Shown here piece by piece: positions 8,493 to 18,953 of a stretch of 64,000 nucleotides of DNA. Below the pieces are notes generated by a model. It did not search any database, was not told where the DNA came from, and saw nothing but the letters and a program-made list of their open reading frames with translations. How positions within the stretch are numbered: the first letter of the stretch is position 1; every line of letters begins with the position of its first letter. Origin of the DNA: a virus; IMG/VR virus record IMGVR_UViG_3300044825_001015, positions 40,845-104,844 of that record; one strand, written 5' to 3'. The position numbers and the translations under genes were made by a program.

Positions 8493-11461
8493 TGAAAAAA
8501 GTAATACAAGTACAAGACTTACAGCCAGGTACAAAATATCTTATTCGTGCCCGTGCAAAAAATCAGTATGATTTTTTTTCTGAGTGGTCACAAACATACG
8601 AATTAAATGTTGTCAAAGATAACGTAAAGCCCTCCAAGCCAGCGAAACCAACTATACAGATTGCTGGTCCTCAAAAGGTTATTGTGTCTCATGATAACAC
8701 TAAGCAGGGAGGCGGCAACCTAGAATTTGATGTAACTGCATATAAAGTTTATACAAATACTACTGCCTCAAATACTGGCGGCACTCTAATACATACAATG
8801 TCTGCAACCAGGCCAGGAAGCGGAATTAACTCTTTTGCCACAATCAATGTAAATGCTCCATTATCAGGAGGGTCTGCACAAACCCTTTACTTTTATGTCA
8901 CAGCAGTAGATAGTGGGGGAAATGAGTCTGATCCATCAGATGCTACAACAGGAACCGCTATAACTTACTTTGACTCTGCTTATATTTCTGAACTTACTGC
9001 AGATAAAATTAGAACAGGAACATTGCAGGCTAATCAATCTATTAGCGTGGGCACACTTTCACCTATCATAATTAAGTCAAATGAAACCAGTCCTCGCGGT
9101 CAAATATACATAGGAACTACAGTAAATCCAACTGGTGCAGTAGGTAGTGGATACAAAGATCCATCTACTGCATTTTATGTAGATTCTACAGGAAAGTTTT
9201 CTCTTAAAGATAAACTATATTGGGACGGAAATACTTTAACGATAGATGGATATTTCCAAATAGGTGATGAAGAAACAACTATTAGCGGTAATCAGATTCG
9301 TACTGGTAATCTAATATCAACTAACTATGTTTCTAATGTATCTGGGCAGCCACAGGCAAAGTCTACTGAATATACTACAGAGGGAACGTGGATTGATTTA
9401 GACGATGGAGAGATATACAGTAAAAACTTTTATCTAACTAGTGCTGGTGACGCAGTATTTAGAGGAAACATTTTTGGGTCTAGAGGTATATTTAATGGAG
9501 AACTTCCTGTATCTAAAATACCAGGATTACAGAATCCAGAAGGTGCAAGAGTTCCTACTGTTATTGTAGAATCAACAAATACCGACGATGGATATTTAGT
9601 ATTCTTTAAAAATACTGGAACTGATTCTGGAGCAGAATTCTATGTTAAGCAAGGCGACGGTACAAATTGGAGAAGAGGCTCATTAGCGCATTTAGATGAT
9701 GTTGCTGGCGGCTTCCTTAGGCTTGGAGCATATCCATCATCTACTGGAATCACCCCAGGAAGAATAAGAATCTTTGCTGAAAGTGCTGGAACTAAGCAAG
9801 GAGAAATTTACCTAGATGCAAGAAGAACTTTTGCTCAGAAAATATTTCTTACTCAGCCATCTACAACAGGAGACTGGGCAACCGACCCAGTAACCAATTT
9901 TTGGAAAGATCCTGATGGAGTTTCTAATGGTCAGGATTTTTTTAAGGTAGGCTCTACTACTGGGTCTGCTATTACTGTAAAGAAAACATCAACAGGAGCA
10001 AATAAGGTAGTCATAAAAGACTACGAAATAGAAGGCGTTTCAGAAGTTGTTGATAATTCAAAAATTACAGTTAATACTGTAGAAATAGGTAAAGGTGTTG
10101 GAGGATCTGGAAAGCATGGCATAAAAATAGATAGTAATAATTATTGGTATGACCCTGCACCACTATCTTCGTCCGATATTGTTTTTAGAGCGGGAGGTTC
10201 TGGTAATGATTCCTTAATAGTTAGAAAAAATGGATCAGTAGAATTTGAAGGAACTACCAATCCGACTGGCGGAGAAATTAAAGGTCTGCTAGTAATCAAA
10301 AATGTCTCTGATCAAACTACATTTTCTATAGGTAAAAATGTATTAACTGGGGGAAGGGACGGAATTCTATTAAATAGTAATAATTACTGGACTTTATCAC
10401 AAACTGGACTAACTGCTAATTTTAGAGTAGGTGGGGCATCAAGATTCCTTGAATGGACTGGATCAGCATTAAATATATCTACAGATTCTATTTTTATTAG
10501 CGGAGATCCTGCAGCAACACAAGCATTTGCTAGTAGTACTGCTACTTCTGCTGCAAATAACGCAGTAGCAACCTTCTCGCTTGTAGATAAGTGGAACGGA
10601 AGTATTTCTGGTGTAAATATTCAAGCATCTGGAATAATTCAAAGCATATACCAGGGAGTTGCTAAAACATATGGAAGTGCAACAAATGGGTGGATATTAG
10701 ACAATAGCGGCTCTCTTCCTAGATTTGATATAGGAACTTCTAATTTTTATCTTAGATGGACTGGTCTTGGACTAAGCATAAAAGGAACTATAGATTCTGG
10801 AACATCAATCCCAGGAGGAGCATTCCAAGATGGTGGAGGGGCAGGATCTGGTCTGCAACTTGGCTCTAATAGAGTAGTTATTACAGATGGCTATGGTGGA
10901 GGAATAGTTTCATTTACTGATGGCGCAGTTCCAACACCAGGACAACTAGGTACTATTCAAGCAGTATCACCAGACACCAATTCAAAATTCTCTGGTCTAG
11001 AAGGCGGAAGAGGAATTCTACTTGGAAATATAGCCTATCCATTTATAGAAATTGGAAAAAATCCTTCTCAAGAAAATAAAATATTACTTCTTACAGCAGC
11101 AAGCGTAGGTCTAGAAATTAGACCAACACATTTTATTTTAAGGGGAGGTTCATCTTCAAGAATTAGAGGAATACCATCCACTAGTAGCCAGCCATCAGGT
11201 AAAAAAGTTTTATATGGAGATGAAAATGAAACTTTAGAGTGGGGTCCTGCTCCAACTGGTGGTGGAGGAACTACATATCAGGCTGGTGCAGGCATAGAAA
11301 TTGATACATCAACAAATCCAGATAGTATAGTAAATACTGGATATAGGATGTTTGGAAATACCTCTGGTTCTGGAGGTAGAATATCTAATAATAATAGAAT
11401 ATATTTTTCGGTACAACCAACTAACGGAATGCAAGACGGCGACCTTTTGGTAGAATTTTAA
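8492..11461 (+). CDS. Tail fibre / receptor-binding protein with N-terminal fibronectin type III domains
   Basis: FN3 signatures LQPGTKYLIRARA and YFYVTAVDSGGNES; Gly-rich internal repeats. Confidence 0.75.
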   Translation: MKKVIQVQDLQPGTKYLIRARAKNQYDFFSEWSQTYELNVVKDNVKPSKPAKPTIQIAGPQKVIVSHDNTKQGGGNLEFDVTAYKVYTNTTASNTGGTLIHTMSATRPGSGINSFATINVNAPLSGGSAQTLYFYVTAVDSGGNESDPSDATTGTAITYFDSAYISELTADKIRTGTLQANQSISVGTLSPIIIKSNETSPRGQIYIGTTVNPTGAVGSGYKDPSTAFYVDSTGKFSLKDKLYWDGNTLTIDGYFQIGDEETTISGNQIRTGNLISTNYVSNVSGQPQAKSTEYTTEGTWIDLDDGEIYSKNFYLTSAGDAVFRGNIFGSRGIFNGELPVSKIPGLQNPEGARVPTVIVESTNTDDGYLVFFKNTGTDSGAEFYVKQGDGTNWRRGSLAHLDDVAGGFLRLGAYPSSTGITPGRIRIFAESAGTKQGEIYLDARRTFAQKIFLTQPSTTGDWATDPVTNFWKDPDGVSNGQDFFKVGSTTGSAITVKKTSTGANKVVIKDYEIEGVSEVVDNSKITVNTVEIGKGVGGSGKHGIKIDSNNYWYDPAPLSSSDIVFRAGGSGNDSLIVRKNGSVEFEGTTNPTGGEIKGLLVIKNVSDQTTFSIGKNVLTGGRDGILLNSNNYWTLSQTGLTANFRVGGASRFLEWTGSALNISTDSIFISGDPAATQAFASSTATSAANNAVATFSLVDKWNGSISGVNIQASGIIQSIYQGVAKTYGSATNGWILDNSGSLPRFDIGTSNFYLRWTGLGLSIKGTIDSGTSIPGGAFQDGGGAGSGLQLGSNRVVITDGYGGGIVSFTDGAVPTPGQLGTIQAVSPDTNSKFSGLEGGRGILLGNIAYPFIEIGKNPSQENKILLLTAASVGLEIRPTHFILRGGSSSRIRGIPSTSSQPSGKKVLYGDENETLEWGPAPTGGGGTTYQAGAGIEIDTSTNPDSIVNTGYRMFGNTSGSGGRISNNNRIYFSVQPTNGMQDGDLLVEF

Positions 11462-11462
11462 T

Positions 11463-13997
11463 ATGACAGTAAAAGCATTTAGATCAGCCTGGACATTAGT
11501 TAAAAATATAAAATCATTTAGATCTGGCATTGGATGGACAGATATTAAAAACATACGCGCATGGCGCGACCCCAATGGGGATAATATTGGATTCTGGGAT
11601 CTAGTTTATCCAGATTTACCAATATCTTCTGTAACTCCATTCGTATCTGGTACTGGGGAACCAGGAACTACATTTTCTCTATCCAATAATCAGCCATGGG
11701 TTAATGATGGGTATGTTAGAGTTCAAAATACTACTTACCAATGGGCTAGGTCAACAACATCTGGAGGCCCATATACCAATGTTTCTGGTGCTACTTCATC
11801 AACATACAATATTCAATCATCAGACTTAAATAATTATTTTATATGTAGAATTACAGGAACTAATGCAAAAGGCTCTACAACAGTTAATTCTTCACAAAGT
11901 TTACTAGTTAGTGATCCAAATTACACCTTTAACTTTTTACAGGAATTTGGAGTCAATGCTAACGCAATGATTATATTTGACAAAACAAATAATGTCTTCC
12001 CAGACACCGATATATTAATTATATCAGGAAGAGTACTCGCTTATTTCTTTGGGGACTACAAGCATTTTGATTTATGGTATAGATCAGATGCGACTACATT
12101 TAGACTTTATCATAGGATGTATAGAAATGATAGAACAACTAGGCCATCAACACCAGATATAGAATATGAAATAGTATTTACTAATGGTAGTAGAGTAGTA
12201 GATATATTTGTAATTAATCCAATAGCAACACAATACATATTAGATGATGTAGCATACCTAAAAGATTTTTTCCAGCAATTTAAAAGTTATAATATAGCGA
12301 ATTACGCAGCGGGAAGAAGATTTAGGGTTACTATGGATAGCACTACTGGAATATTTCAGGATTTCGCCTCGCCGTCAACAACAAGTCCTTCATTTACTGA
12401 TGGATGGATATATATTTCTTCTGGTAATGATAGTACTACTGGTACTATTACTTTTAGTTCATTACAAAATTTTCCATCCCCGTTGTCACCAGCACAGACG
12501 TTTGTTGGTCCCTACTTTTCATTTAATAAGTCAAATATGTTTTTCCCAAGATCGGTTACTATTAATAATGTATCCTATTCTAGTACGACTCAAGCAAGCG
12601 TATCTTGGTCGTATGGCACTTCAAGTCCATTAAACGGAACTTCATATACTATAGAAGTTTTGAATTCATCACAAACATCTGTTTTATCTACTCAGAATAC
12701 TACTTTAACTTCAGCAACAGTATCTGGACTTACAGTTGGAACATCATATGTAATTAGAGTTACCCCTAATTCAAGATCAGATTTTTTTGGTCAATATGGA
12801 TTTCCTACTGTGTCAAATTATTTACATGCTACTGTTCCTGGTGCCCCAACTGGAGTAACGGGTACTTCTGGAAATACTCAGGTAGCATTAAGTTGGACAG
12901 CGCCAACCTCTAATGGTGGATCTAACATTACTGGATATAAAATAAGATATTCTACAAATGGTGGTGTTAGTTGGCTTCCAGCAACACCAATTTCTACTGG
13001 AAGCACAACAACTTCATTTACTGTAACTGGACTAACTAATGGGACTTCATATATATTTCAGGTACTTGCTACCAATGCAATTGGAGATGGGGCATGGTCT
13101 TCATCCAGTTCATCAGTCACTCCGCAAGCAGTTGCTAGTAGAATTGGAGTAACGGTTTCCCCTGCTAGTGTACAAACTTTAAGTCAGACTGCTACATTTA
13201 CTGCACAATTACAGGATAATGCAACTCCGCCTAATAATGTTTCTATAAGTGGTAGAAGTATAACTTTTACATTAAATCCAGCCGCTGGAGGAAGTATTAA
13301 TACAACATCTGGGACAACAGATGCTAATGGCAGGGCGCAAGTTACATTTACTTCTGGATCACTAGGAGGAACTGCAACTGTTACTGCCACATCTACTGGA
13401 TTAACTCAAGGTTCAGCAGATTTAACAGTAACCCTTAGAGATGCATTAAATCCAACAATAACTGGAACTAGCACTACTAAAGGGGTCTCATTTTCAAATA
13501 CGAATCGTGACGCTGCATGGACATATTCTAATTGGATTGGACCTACAGTTGGAACGCTAGAATCTGGGGACTCGTATAATAATGCACAGTTCGATATATT
13601 AGTTCCAAGAGTAAAAAATCAAAATCCAAGTCTGACTGTAAATAGAACTGTCGGAAGTGGAGGAAACGCAGAAACAACAGATACTACATTTAATGCTAAT
13701 AGAAGCGTATCTATACAACTAATTTCATCAAGATCTGGGTATGCTTCTGGATTTAGTAATAGCGCTACCGCTACTGCTGGAGTTAGCATAGATGCTACTA
13801 GATCATATCAATGGCAACAATTTACTAATGGAACATGGAACACAAGTTTTGGAACAGCATTTTCAGGAATGCAAACCTTCAGATTGTCGTGGAGTAATAG
13901 AACCTTTACTTCTAGACAAATTAGATGTAGGGTAACTACTACATTTAGTGATGGCACTTCTGATATATCATTCAGCAATGAGCCAACTATTCCATAA
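11463..13997 (+). CDS. Ser/Thr-rich virion protein with FN3 and Big-1 Ig-like domains
   Basis: PGAPTGV..WTAPTSNGGSNITGYKI..GLTNGTSYIFQVLATNAIGDG (FN3); TTDANGRAQVTFTS (Big-1). Confidence 0.75.
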   Translation: MTVKAFRSAWTLVKNIKSFRSGIGWTDIKNIRAWRDPNGDNIGFWDLVYPDLPISSVTPFVSGTGEPGTTFSLSNNQPWVNDGYVRVQNTTYQWARSTTSGGPYTNVSGATSSTYNIQSSDLNNYFICRITGTNAKGSTTVNSSQSLLVSDPNYTFNFLQEFGVNANAMIIFDKTNNVFPDTDILIISGRVLAYFFGDYKHFDLWYRSDATTFRLYHRMYRNDRTTRPSTPDIEYEIVFTNGSRVVDIFVINPIATQYILDDVAYLKDFFQQFKSYNIANYAAGRRFRVTMDSTTGIFQDFASPSTTSPSFTDGWIYISSGNDSTTGTITFSSLQNFPSPLSPAQTFVGPYFSFNKSNMFFPRSVTINNVSYSSTTQASVSWSYGTSSPLNGTSYTIEVLNSSQTSVLSTQNTTLTSATVSGLTVGTSYVIRVTPNSRSDFFGQYGFPTVSNYLHATVPGAPTGVTGTSGNTQVALSWTAPTSNGGSNITGYKIRYSTNGGVSWLPATPISTGSTTTSFTVTGLTNGTSYIFQVLATNAIGDGAWSSSSSSVTPQAVASRIGVTVSPASVQTLSQTATFTAQLQDNATPPNNVSISGRSITFTLNPAAGGSINTTSGTTDANGRAQVTFTSGSLGGTATVTATSTGLTQGSADLTVTLRDALNPTITGTSTTKGVSFSNTNRDAAWTYSNWIGPTVGTLESGDSYNNAQFDILVPRVKNQNPSLTVNRTVGSGGNAETTDTTFNANRSVSIQLISSRSGYASGFSNSATATAGVSIDATRSYQWQQFTNGTWNTSFGTAFSGMQTFRLSWSNRTFTSRQIRCRVTTTFSDGTSDISFSNEPTIP

Positions 13998-14022
13998 TGA
14001 TATAATATAAAAGGAGGTAAAA

Positions 14023-14244
14023 ATGGAAGCATATCAAGTATTGACAAATGAAGAAAAAGCAACTTCTATTAGATCTAAGATAAAAAGTCTTCAGTACCAA
14101 AAGTACAGTTTTGAATTAGATTTAATTGCAGAAAACGCTATTAGCGAGCCAAATCAAACATCTATTTCTGAAATTCAAAAACAAATAGATAATTTAAATG
14201 ATCGTCAGGCTGCTCTTCAATCTGAATTAGATAGCATATCTTAA
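14023..14244 (+). CDS. Small coiled-coil protein
   Basis: AGGAGG SD and TGATATAAT promoter upstream. Confidence 0.6.
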   Translation: MEAYQVLTNEEKATSIRSKIKSLQYQKYSFELDLIAENAISEPNQTSISEIQKQIDNLNDRQAALQSELDSIS

Positions 14245-14245
14245 T

Positions 14246-14701
14246 ATGGAAAGCATAGTAGTTGATACAGATATAGAATTAGGAGAGTGGCCTCAAGAAT
14301 TTTCTGGCGCTTGGATGTATATCTACTACGATTTTCCTACTACAGATACAGTAATGTGCCTGTTTTTTGATTCAGATTTTGAAGAAGGAACTGTCATAGA
14401 AGGATATAGACCAACTATACAAATTCCATCAGCATATGTATCCTGGAAAGAAGATGGGGTATGCAGAGATATATTTGTACATCCAGATTTTAGAAGGCTT
14501 GGCGTAGGGTCAAAACTCTGCGCCTATGCTCGTTCTTATTTATTAAAAGAAGATAAAGTATTCAATGCTCCAGAAACAATGTCTGCTGCTGCTGACGGAA
14601 TGTATGAAAAAATTTCAGAGGTATATGGAGAGCCTTATCACACTCCAAATGTAGTTTCACATCCAATACCGTATGGCTATTGGGGAGGATATTTAGTATA
14701 A
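14246..14701 (+). CDS. GNAT-family acetyltransferase-like protein
   Basis: Acetyl-CoA binding motif A: IFVHPDFRRLGVGSKL. Confidence 0.6.
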   Translation: MESIVVDTDIELGEWPQEFSGAWMYIYYDFPTTDTVMCLFFDSDFEEGTVIEGYRPTIQIPSAYVSWKEDGVCRDIFVHPDFRRLGVGSKLCAYARSYLLKEDKVFNAPETMSAAADGMYEKISEVYGEPYHTPNVVSHPIPYGYWGGYLV

Positions 14702-14726
14702 TGTACTTACTATTGAAAGGATTTTT

Positions 14727-14900
14727 ATGTCAAACACATTAGAGTTAGTAGTGCAAGAACTTCAAAATAGAATTGGTCAGATTACATCAAACTATGAACT
14801 TCAGATGGCTATGCTAAAGGCTCAAGCCACAGATGAGATTCAAAAGCGTGACGCACAGATTCAAGAACTTCAAGAGGGCAAGCCAAAGGAAACTAAGTGA
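14727..14900 (+). CDS. Small coiled-coil protein (not in the ORF track)
   Basis: MSNTLELVVQELQNRIGQ...; GAAAGG SD; GTGA overlap with the next gene. Confidence 0.6.
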   Translation: MSNTLELVVQELQNRIGQITSNYELQMAMLKAQATDEIQKRDAQIQELQEGKPKETK

Positions 14901-15292
14901 GTGCAATCAATGAAGCATATGCAAGAATAGATTTTGCATATCTTAGATCATTGGAAGAAAAAATAGCAGCGCTAGATAGTAAAGTTGCTGATCTAGATAA
15001 GCAAGTTGATAATCTAGATGGAGAAGATAATAGTTTTTCAAATAAAAGATTTGTTACTAAAAGAATATCTTTAAATGCAAAAACTAATTCTGGTAAAGTT
15101 ACTTTTAGCCCAGCGTTTGCTTCCGTTCCAGTAGTTGTATTCTCTGCCCAAGATGATTCTGGTGTTTCTAGATCAATAACTATTACTGAAATTACTAAGG
15201 ATTATGTTAAGTTTTCTGTAAAAGTTGTATCTGGAACATCTAAGACTGGTAAATATTCAATTCATATGATGGCGTTGGGTAGAAGTAAGTAG
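14897..15292 (+). CDS. Coiled coil plus H-type lectin/gp53-like beta domain
   Basis: VTFSPAFASVPVVV motif. Confidence 0.5.
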   Translation: MSAINEAYARIDFAYLRSLEEKIAALDSKVADLDKQVDNLDGEDNSFSNKRFVTKRISLNAKTNSGKVTFSPAFASVPVVVFSAQDDSGVSRSITITEITKDYVKFSVKVVSGTSKTGKYSIHMMALGRSK

Positions 15293-15552
15293 TGCCATAC
15301 AAGCCAATAAATAATTGGTCTGGAAGAAAAACAAAAATACAAGATGGATATGTTTTAGTCTGGATTCCAGAGCATCCAAAATGTTTTGGTGGCGGGTGGT
15401 ATTATGAACATCGACTAGTCATGGAAAAAAAGTATTCTAGAATACTAAAAGATTGGGAAACAGTACATCATATAAATGGTGACAAAGAATATAACGAGGA
15501 GTATAATCTTTTCGTATGTACTCGCGCCCAACATATGAAGGCGCATAAATAG
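15292..15552 (+). CDS. HNH endonuclease (HNH_3 type)
   Basis: YEHRLVME...VHHINGDKEYNEEYNL. Confidence 0.8.
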   Translation: MPYKPINNWSGRKTKIQDGYVLVWIPEHPKCFGGGWYYEHRLVMEKKYSRILKDWETVHHINGDKEYNEEYNLFVCTRAQHMKAHK

Positions 15553-15563
15553 ATAGGAATTTT

Positions 15564-16319
15564 ATGAATAACGATTTAAAGTGGATGATGGTTTCAGACG
15601 TTCACTTTCCTAGGCACGACCCGCGTAAGGTAGAACTATTTCTTAAAGTAATGAAATGGTTTAAGCCAGATGCAGTAGACTTGCTTGGAGATATTGACGA
15701 TGCAGATTCCACAAGTCGTTGGGCGGCTGATAAGCCGTTAGAAATGTCAATTTCATTAGAAGATGGAGGGGTTCGTGAAACAAGACAGTTCCTCAAGGAC
15801 ATTAGAAAGATCGTACCCAATGCTGATTGTCATTTTCACGATGGGAATCATGGCTGGACTCGCCACGGCGAATACCTTGCTAAAAAAGCGCCACAATTCC
15901 TTGAATTAGTAACCGCAGATACATTATATGATTATTCAAATGCTGGGTTTGAGTGGCACAATTGGAATGAACCTCCAGTAAAAAGATTTGGAGACATGTA
16001 TGGTCATCATGGAGAATCTATCTCTAAGCACGCTGGAGAATCAGTTCGTAATGACGTAAACAATTGGGGCGTTTCTCTAGTGCGAGGACATTCTCACAGA
16101 ATGGGTGCATACTTCCAGACATATAATCTTTCTGGTCAAGAGTTGCGTGGCTATGAAATTGGGCATCTTTGTGATGAAGATCAGATGGACTACTCTATCC
16201 AAAAGAACTGGCAGGCAGGATTTGCTGTAGCCCATGTCGTAAATGATTATCCTCACATGCAACTAATTCAGATTCATGATTATACCTGTGTTGTAGATGG
16301 AAAGGTATTTACAGCATGA
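15564..16319 (+). CDS. Calcineurin-like metallophosphoesterase
   Basis: SDVH, LGDIDD, GNH, HG and GHSH motifs. Confidence 0.85.
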   Translation: MNNDLKWMMVSDVHFPRHDPRKVELFLKVMKWFKPDAVDLLGDIDDADSTSRWAADKPLEMSISLEDGGVRETRQFLKDIRKIVPNADCHFHDGNHGWTRHGEYLAKKAPQFLELVTADTLYDYSNAGFEWHNWNEPPVKRFGDMYGHHGESISKHAGESVRNDVNNWGVSLVRGHSHRMGAYFQTYNLSGQELRGYEIGHLCDEDQMDYSIQKNWQAGFAVAHVVNDYPHMQLIQIHDYTCVVDGKVFTA

Positions 16320-16486
16320 ATCACAAAAAATGTGGCGGAAGTGTATTTATTGATAGAGTTTTTAGTCATGAATTAAGACTAGATTTATTCTGCCTCAGAT
16401 GTGGTAATAGATGGTTTATTAAACGAAACAAAGGTGCTTTTGGAAGATGGTTAAGCGAAATAGAATTAAAAAAGGCTCTTCCCTAA
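16316..16486 (+). CDS. Small Zn-ribbon protein (not in the ORF track)
   Basis: HKKCGG...FCLRCG. Confidence 0.55.
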   Translation: MNHKKCGGSVFIDRVFSHELRLDLFCLRCGNRWFIKRNKGAFGRWLSEIELKKALP

Positions 16487-16962
16487 GATACTTTTTTTTA
16501 AATGGTCAACATCATAAATGTTTAAGAATTAGTAGATCTGAAGATATCCTAGTTGCTTGGAATTACCCAGATGGTAAAAGAGTTACATATATTTGGTCTG
16601 TTGCTAAAAAAGATATAGGTCGTGCATTTACTGTTAAAATGGTATCAAATATATTCCAAAGAGACAGATTAATAATTCACGACTATATAAAAAATGGTAA
16701 GATAAAAAGACCAGCACAGACCTATTCTCTAGATGGAGAGAAAAGGCCAGGTAAGTTTTTATTTAGTGAAGATGATTTAAGAGATTTACATTCTTATTTA
16801 TTGACTGTCCATAGGGGAAGGCCCAGAAAAGATGGACAAATAACTCAGTCTAAGGTAATGTCTAGGGCAGAACTAGAAGCACTAATGAGAGAAGATACTG
16901 TTTTATATACAAAAGACTCTGCTGGAGAATTTGTTCCAGTATGGAAGCAACCAGATTGGTGA
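16447..16962 (+). CDS. DNA-binding protein (MerR-like HTH plus AT-hook)
   Basis: HTH-like segment with FSEDDL wing; HRGRPRK AT-hook. Confidence 0.55.
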   Translation: MVKRNRIKKGSSLRYFFLNGQHHKCLRISRSEDILVAWNYPDGKRVTYIWSVAKKDIGRAFTVKMVSNIFQRDRLIIHDYIKNGKIKRPAQTYSLDGEKRPGKFLFSEDDLRDLHSYLLTVHRGRPRKDGQITQSKVMSRAELEALMREDTVLYTKDSAGEFVPVWKQPDW

Positions 16963-16964
16963 TT

Positions 16965-17198
16965 ATGGGTAAAAAGAAAAAGCAAGAAGATAAAATATTA
17001 GATCAAGATGGAATCCTTAGTGAGTGTGCAACATCGTTAGATACAGCATTTACTTATGCTGTTGAGCATAGGGATGTTGAGGCTATGCTGGCAGTATCAG
17101 ATAGATGGCTAAGACTTTATGCTATGCTATCCCAATTAGAAGAAGATCAAAAAGAACAATTAAAGTTAGGATTTATTGATGACAACTCACAATCATGA
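16965..17198 (+). CDS. Hypothetical protein
   Basis: Tightly packed ORF in the operon; ATG at 16965 preferred. Confidence 0.5.
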   Translation: MGKKKKQEDKILDQDGILSECATSLDTAFTYAVEHRDVEAMLAVSDRWLRLYAMLSQLEEDQKEQLKLGFIDDNSQS

Positions 17199-17397
17199 AT
17201 CGACTAATGTCAGAGTAGAGTTACAGTTTGTAAGAAATCTTGGTAACTATGAAAGTTTAAGAGTGTCTATTGGAGTAGAAGACTATGTTCGTCAAGGAGA
17301 AACTGTTGACGCAGCAACCGATAGGGTGTATGATTTCGTAGAAGGAAAAATTGTAGAAAAGGTTTCAGATATTGAGAAGGAGTTAAAGAATGGCTAA
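17176..17397 (+). CDS. Hypothetical protein
   Basis: RNLGNYESLRV motif; operon packing. Confidence 0.6.
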   Translation: MMTTHNHESTNVRVELQFVRNLGNYESLRVSIGVEDYVRQGETVDAATDRVYDFVEGKIVEKVSDIEKELKNG

Positions 17398-17713
17398 GGC
17401 TGATACCAAACAGCCATACGCACTTCTAAGCCTTTATGAAAAATTGTATACTGAAAAGTACAACAAAAGTGCCCGACTTAATAAGTTCAAAGAAAAGTGG
17501 GCTATGCAAGACGTTATTGAATCAGTCGGCTATGACAGGGCGAGAGAACTGCTTGAGTATTATTTTCGCGTTACTAAGCAGGGGCATCCGATTCAATGGT
17601 TCTTCTATAATTTCGACAGACTAGACGAAATGCTTCTTCAATCAGAAGAAGATGCAATAAGGCGCAGGAAAATGCGCGAGGCTACTAAGAAGATGGTGGA
17701 GGAAAGACTATGA
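17390..17713 (+). CDS. Hypothetical protein upstream of the helicase
   Basis: AAGGAG SD; ATGA overlap with dnaB. Confidence 0.6.
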   Translation: MAKADTKQPYALLSLYEKLYTEKYNKSARLNKFKEKWAMQDVIESVGYDRARELLEYYFRVTKQGHPIQWFFYNFDRLDEMLLQSEEDAIRRRKMREATKKMVEERL

Positions 17714-18936
17714 ACACAGAAGCAGCAGTTATTACTTCAGTATGCAAGAATAAAGATATCTCCACCATTCTTGCTGATAATGTAGATGAGATCTTCCAAT
17801 CACATAGAGATGTGTGGGAAGGTCTAAAGTCGTATTACTATAAGTTCAAGTCTGTTCCAGAAGTTAATGTACTTCAAGAAAAGTTTAGGGATTTTGAGCC
17901 AGTAAACGTTACTGCTGAAACTGGATACTATGTTGATCAGTTAAAGAATGAATATCTTTCTTCTAGAATGAGAAATCTTCTCATGAAGAGTGGTGCATCT
18001 CTTAAGGATAATGCAGCATCAAGAGTTCTTTCAGATATGCAATCAGAAATTGCATCACTATCTAGGCTTACAAATAATGTTCGTGACGTAGACCTTACGG
18101 ATTATGAACTTGCAGAAAAGCATCTTATTGCTGTTAAAGAGCGCTCAGATGTTATGGGTGGAAGCCCAGGAATTAAAAGCGGATTTACCGCACTAGACTT
18201 AGCCTATCCTACAGGTATGGCACCAGGACACCTAATCGTCGCTATTGGCTGGCCTGGAAGGGGAAAGACATGGATGACCTCCTACCTTGCTTGCAAGGCT
18301 TGGGAGCAGGGCTTCAAGCCAATGATTGTATCTCTAGAGATGAGTCCTGAGAACATGCGTGACCGTATTTACACAATGCTTGGTAGCGGTATGTTTAGGG
18401 CTTCTGATTTTTCACGCGGCAATATTAATATTGATGACTTCCATCATTGGGCTAAGAAGCGCTTTGATGATAAAAATGGATTTATTCTAGTATCAAACGA
18501 GGGAACAAATGAAGTTACTCCACAGACAGTACAAGGTAAGATCGATCAGCATCGCCCCGACCTTGTTATCCTTGATTATCACCAGTTGTTTAATGACACT
18601 AAGCGATCTAATTCTGAAGTTGAGCGGAACCGAAACATATCGCGGGAATTCAAACTACTAGCAGTTCGTAATAACATTCCAGTAATTGATATTACTGCAG
18701 CCACAATGGATGACGTATCAGATCAAGATGCTCCACCATTACTATCACAGGTAGCATGGTCAAAGGCTATTGAATATGATGCTGATATGGCTATGGCTGT
18801 ACATCGTCATCCAGATACCAATATTATTGAGGTTGTCTCACGAAAGAATAGGCATGGTACAGATTTTGCCTTCTACCTTGATTGGGACATTGACCGAGGT
18901 ATTGTTAAAGAGATTTACGATGATATACCAGTCTGA
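17710..18936 (+). CDS. dnaB: DnaB-like replicative helicase
   Basis: Walker A GWPGRGKT, SLEMS, LVILDY, IEYDAD, KNRHG. Confidence 0.92.
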   Translation: MNTEAAVITSVCKNKDISTILADNVDEIFQSHRDVWEGLKSYYYKFKSVPEVNVLQEKFRDFEPVNVTAETGYYVDQLKNEYLSSRMRNLLMKSGASLKDNAASRVLSDMQSEIASLSRLTNNVRDVDLTDYELAEKHLIAVKERSDVMGGSPGIKSGFTALDLAYPTGMAPGHLIVAIGWPGRGKTWMTSYLACKAWEQGFKPMIVSLEMSPENMRDRIYTMLGSGMFRASDFSRGNINIDDFHHWAKKRFDDKNGFILVSNEGTNEVTPQTVQGKIDQHRPDLVILDYHQLFNDTKRSNSEVERNRNISREFKLLAVRNNIPVIDITAATMDDVSDQDAPPLLSQVAWSKAIEYDADMAMAVHRHPDTNIIEVVSRKNRHGTDFAFYLDWDIDRGIVKEIYDDIPV

Positions 18937-18953
18937 TGTATAATTGACTTATA

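Noticed and set aside
8492-13997. Diversity-generating retroelement acting on the tail fibres
   Set aside because: No reverse transcriptase and no TR/VR pair seen
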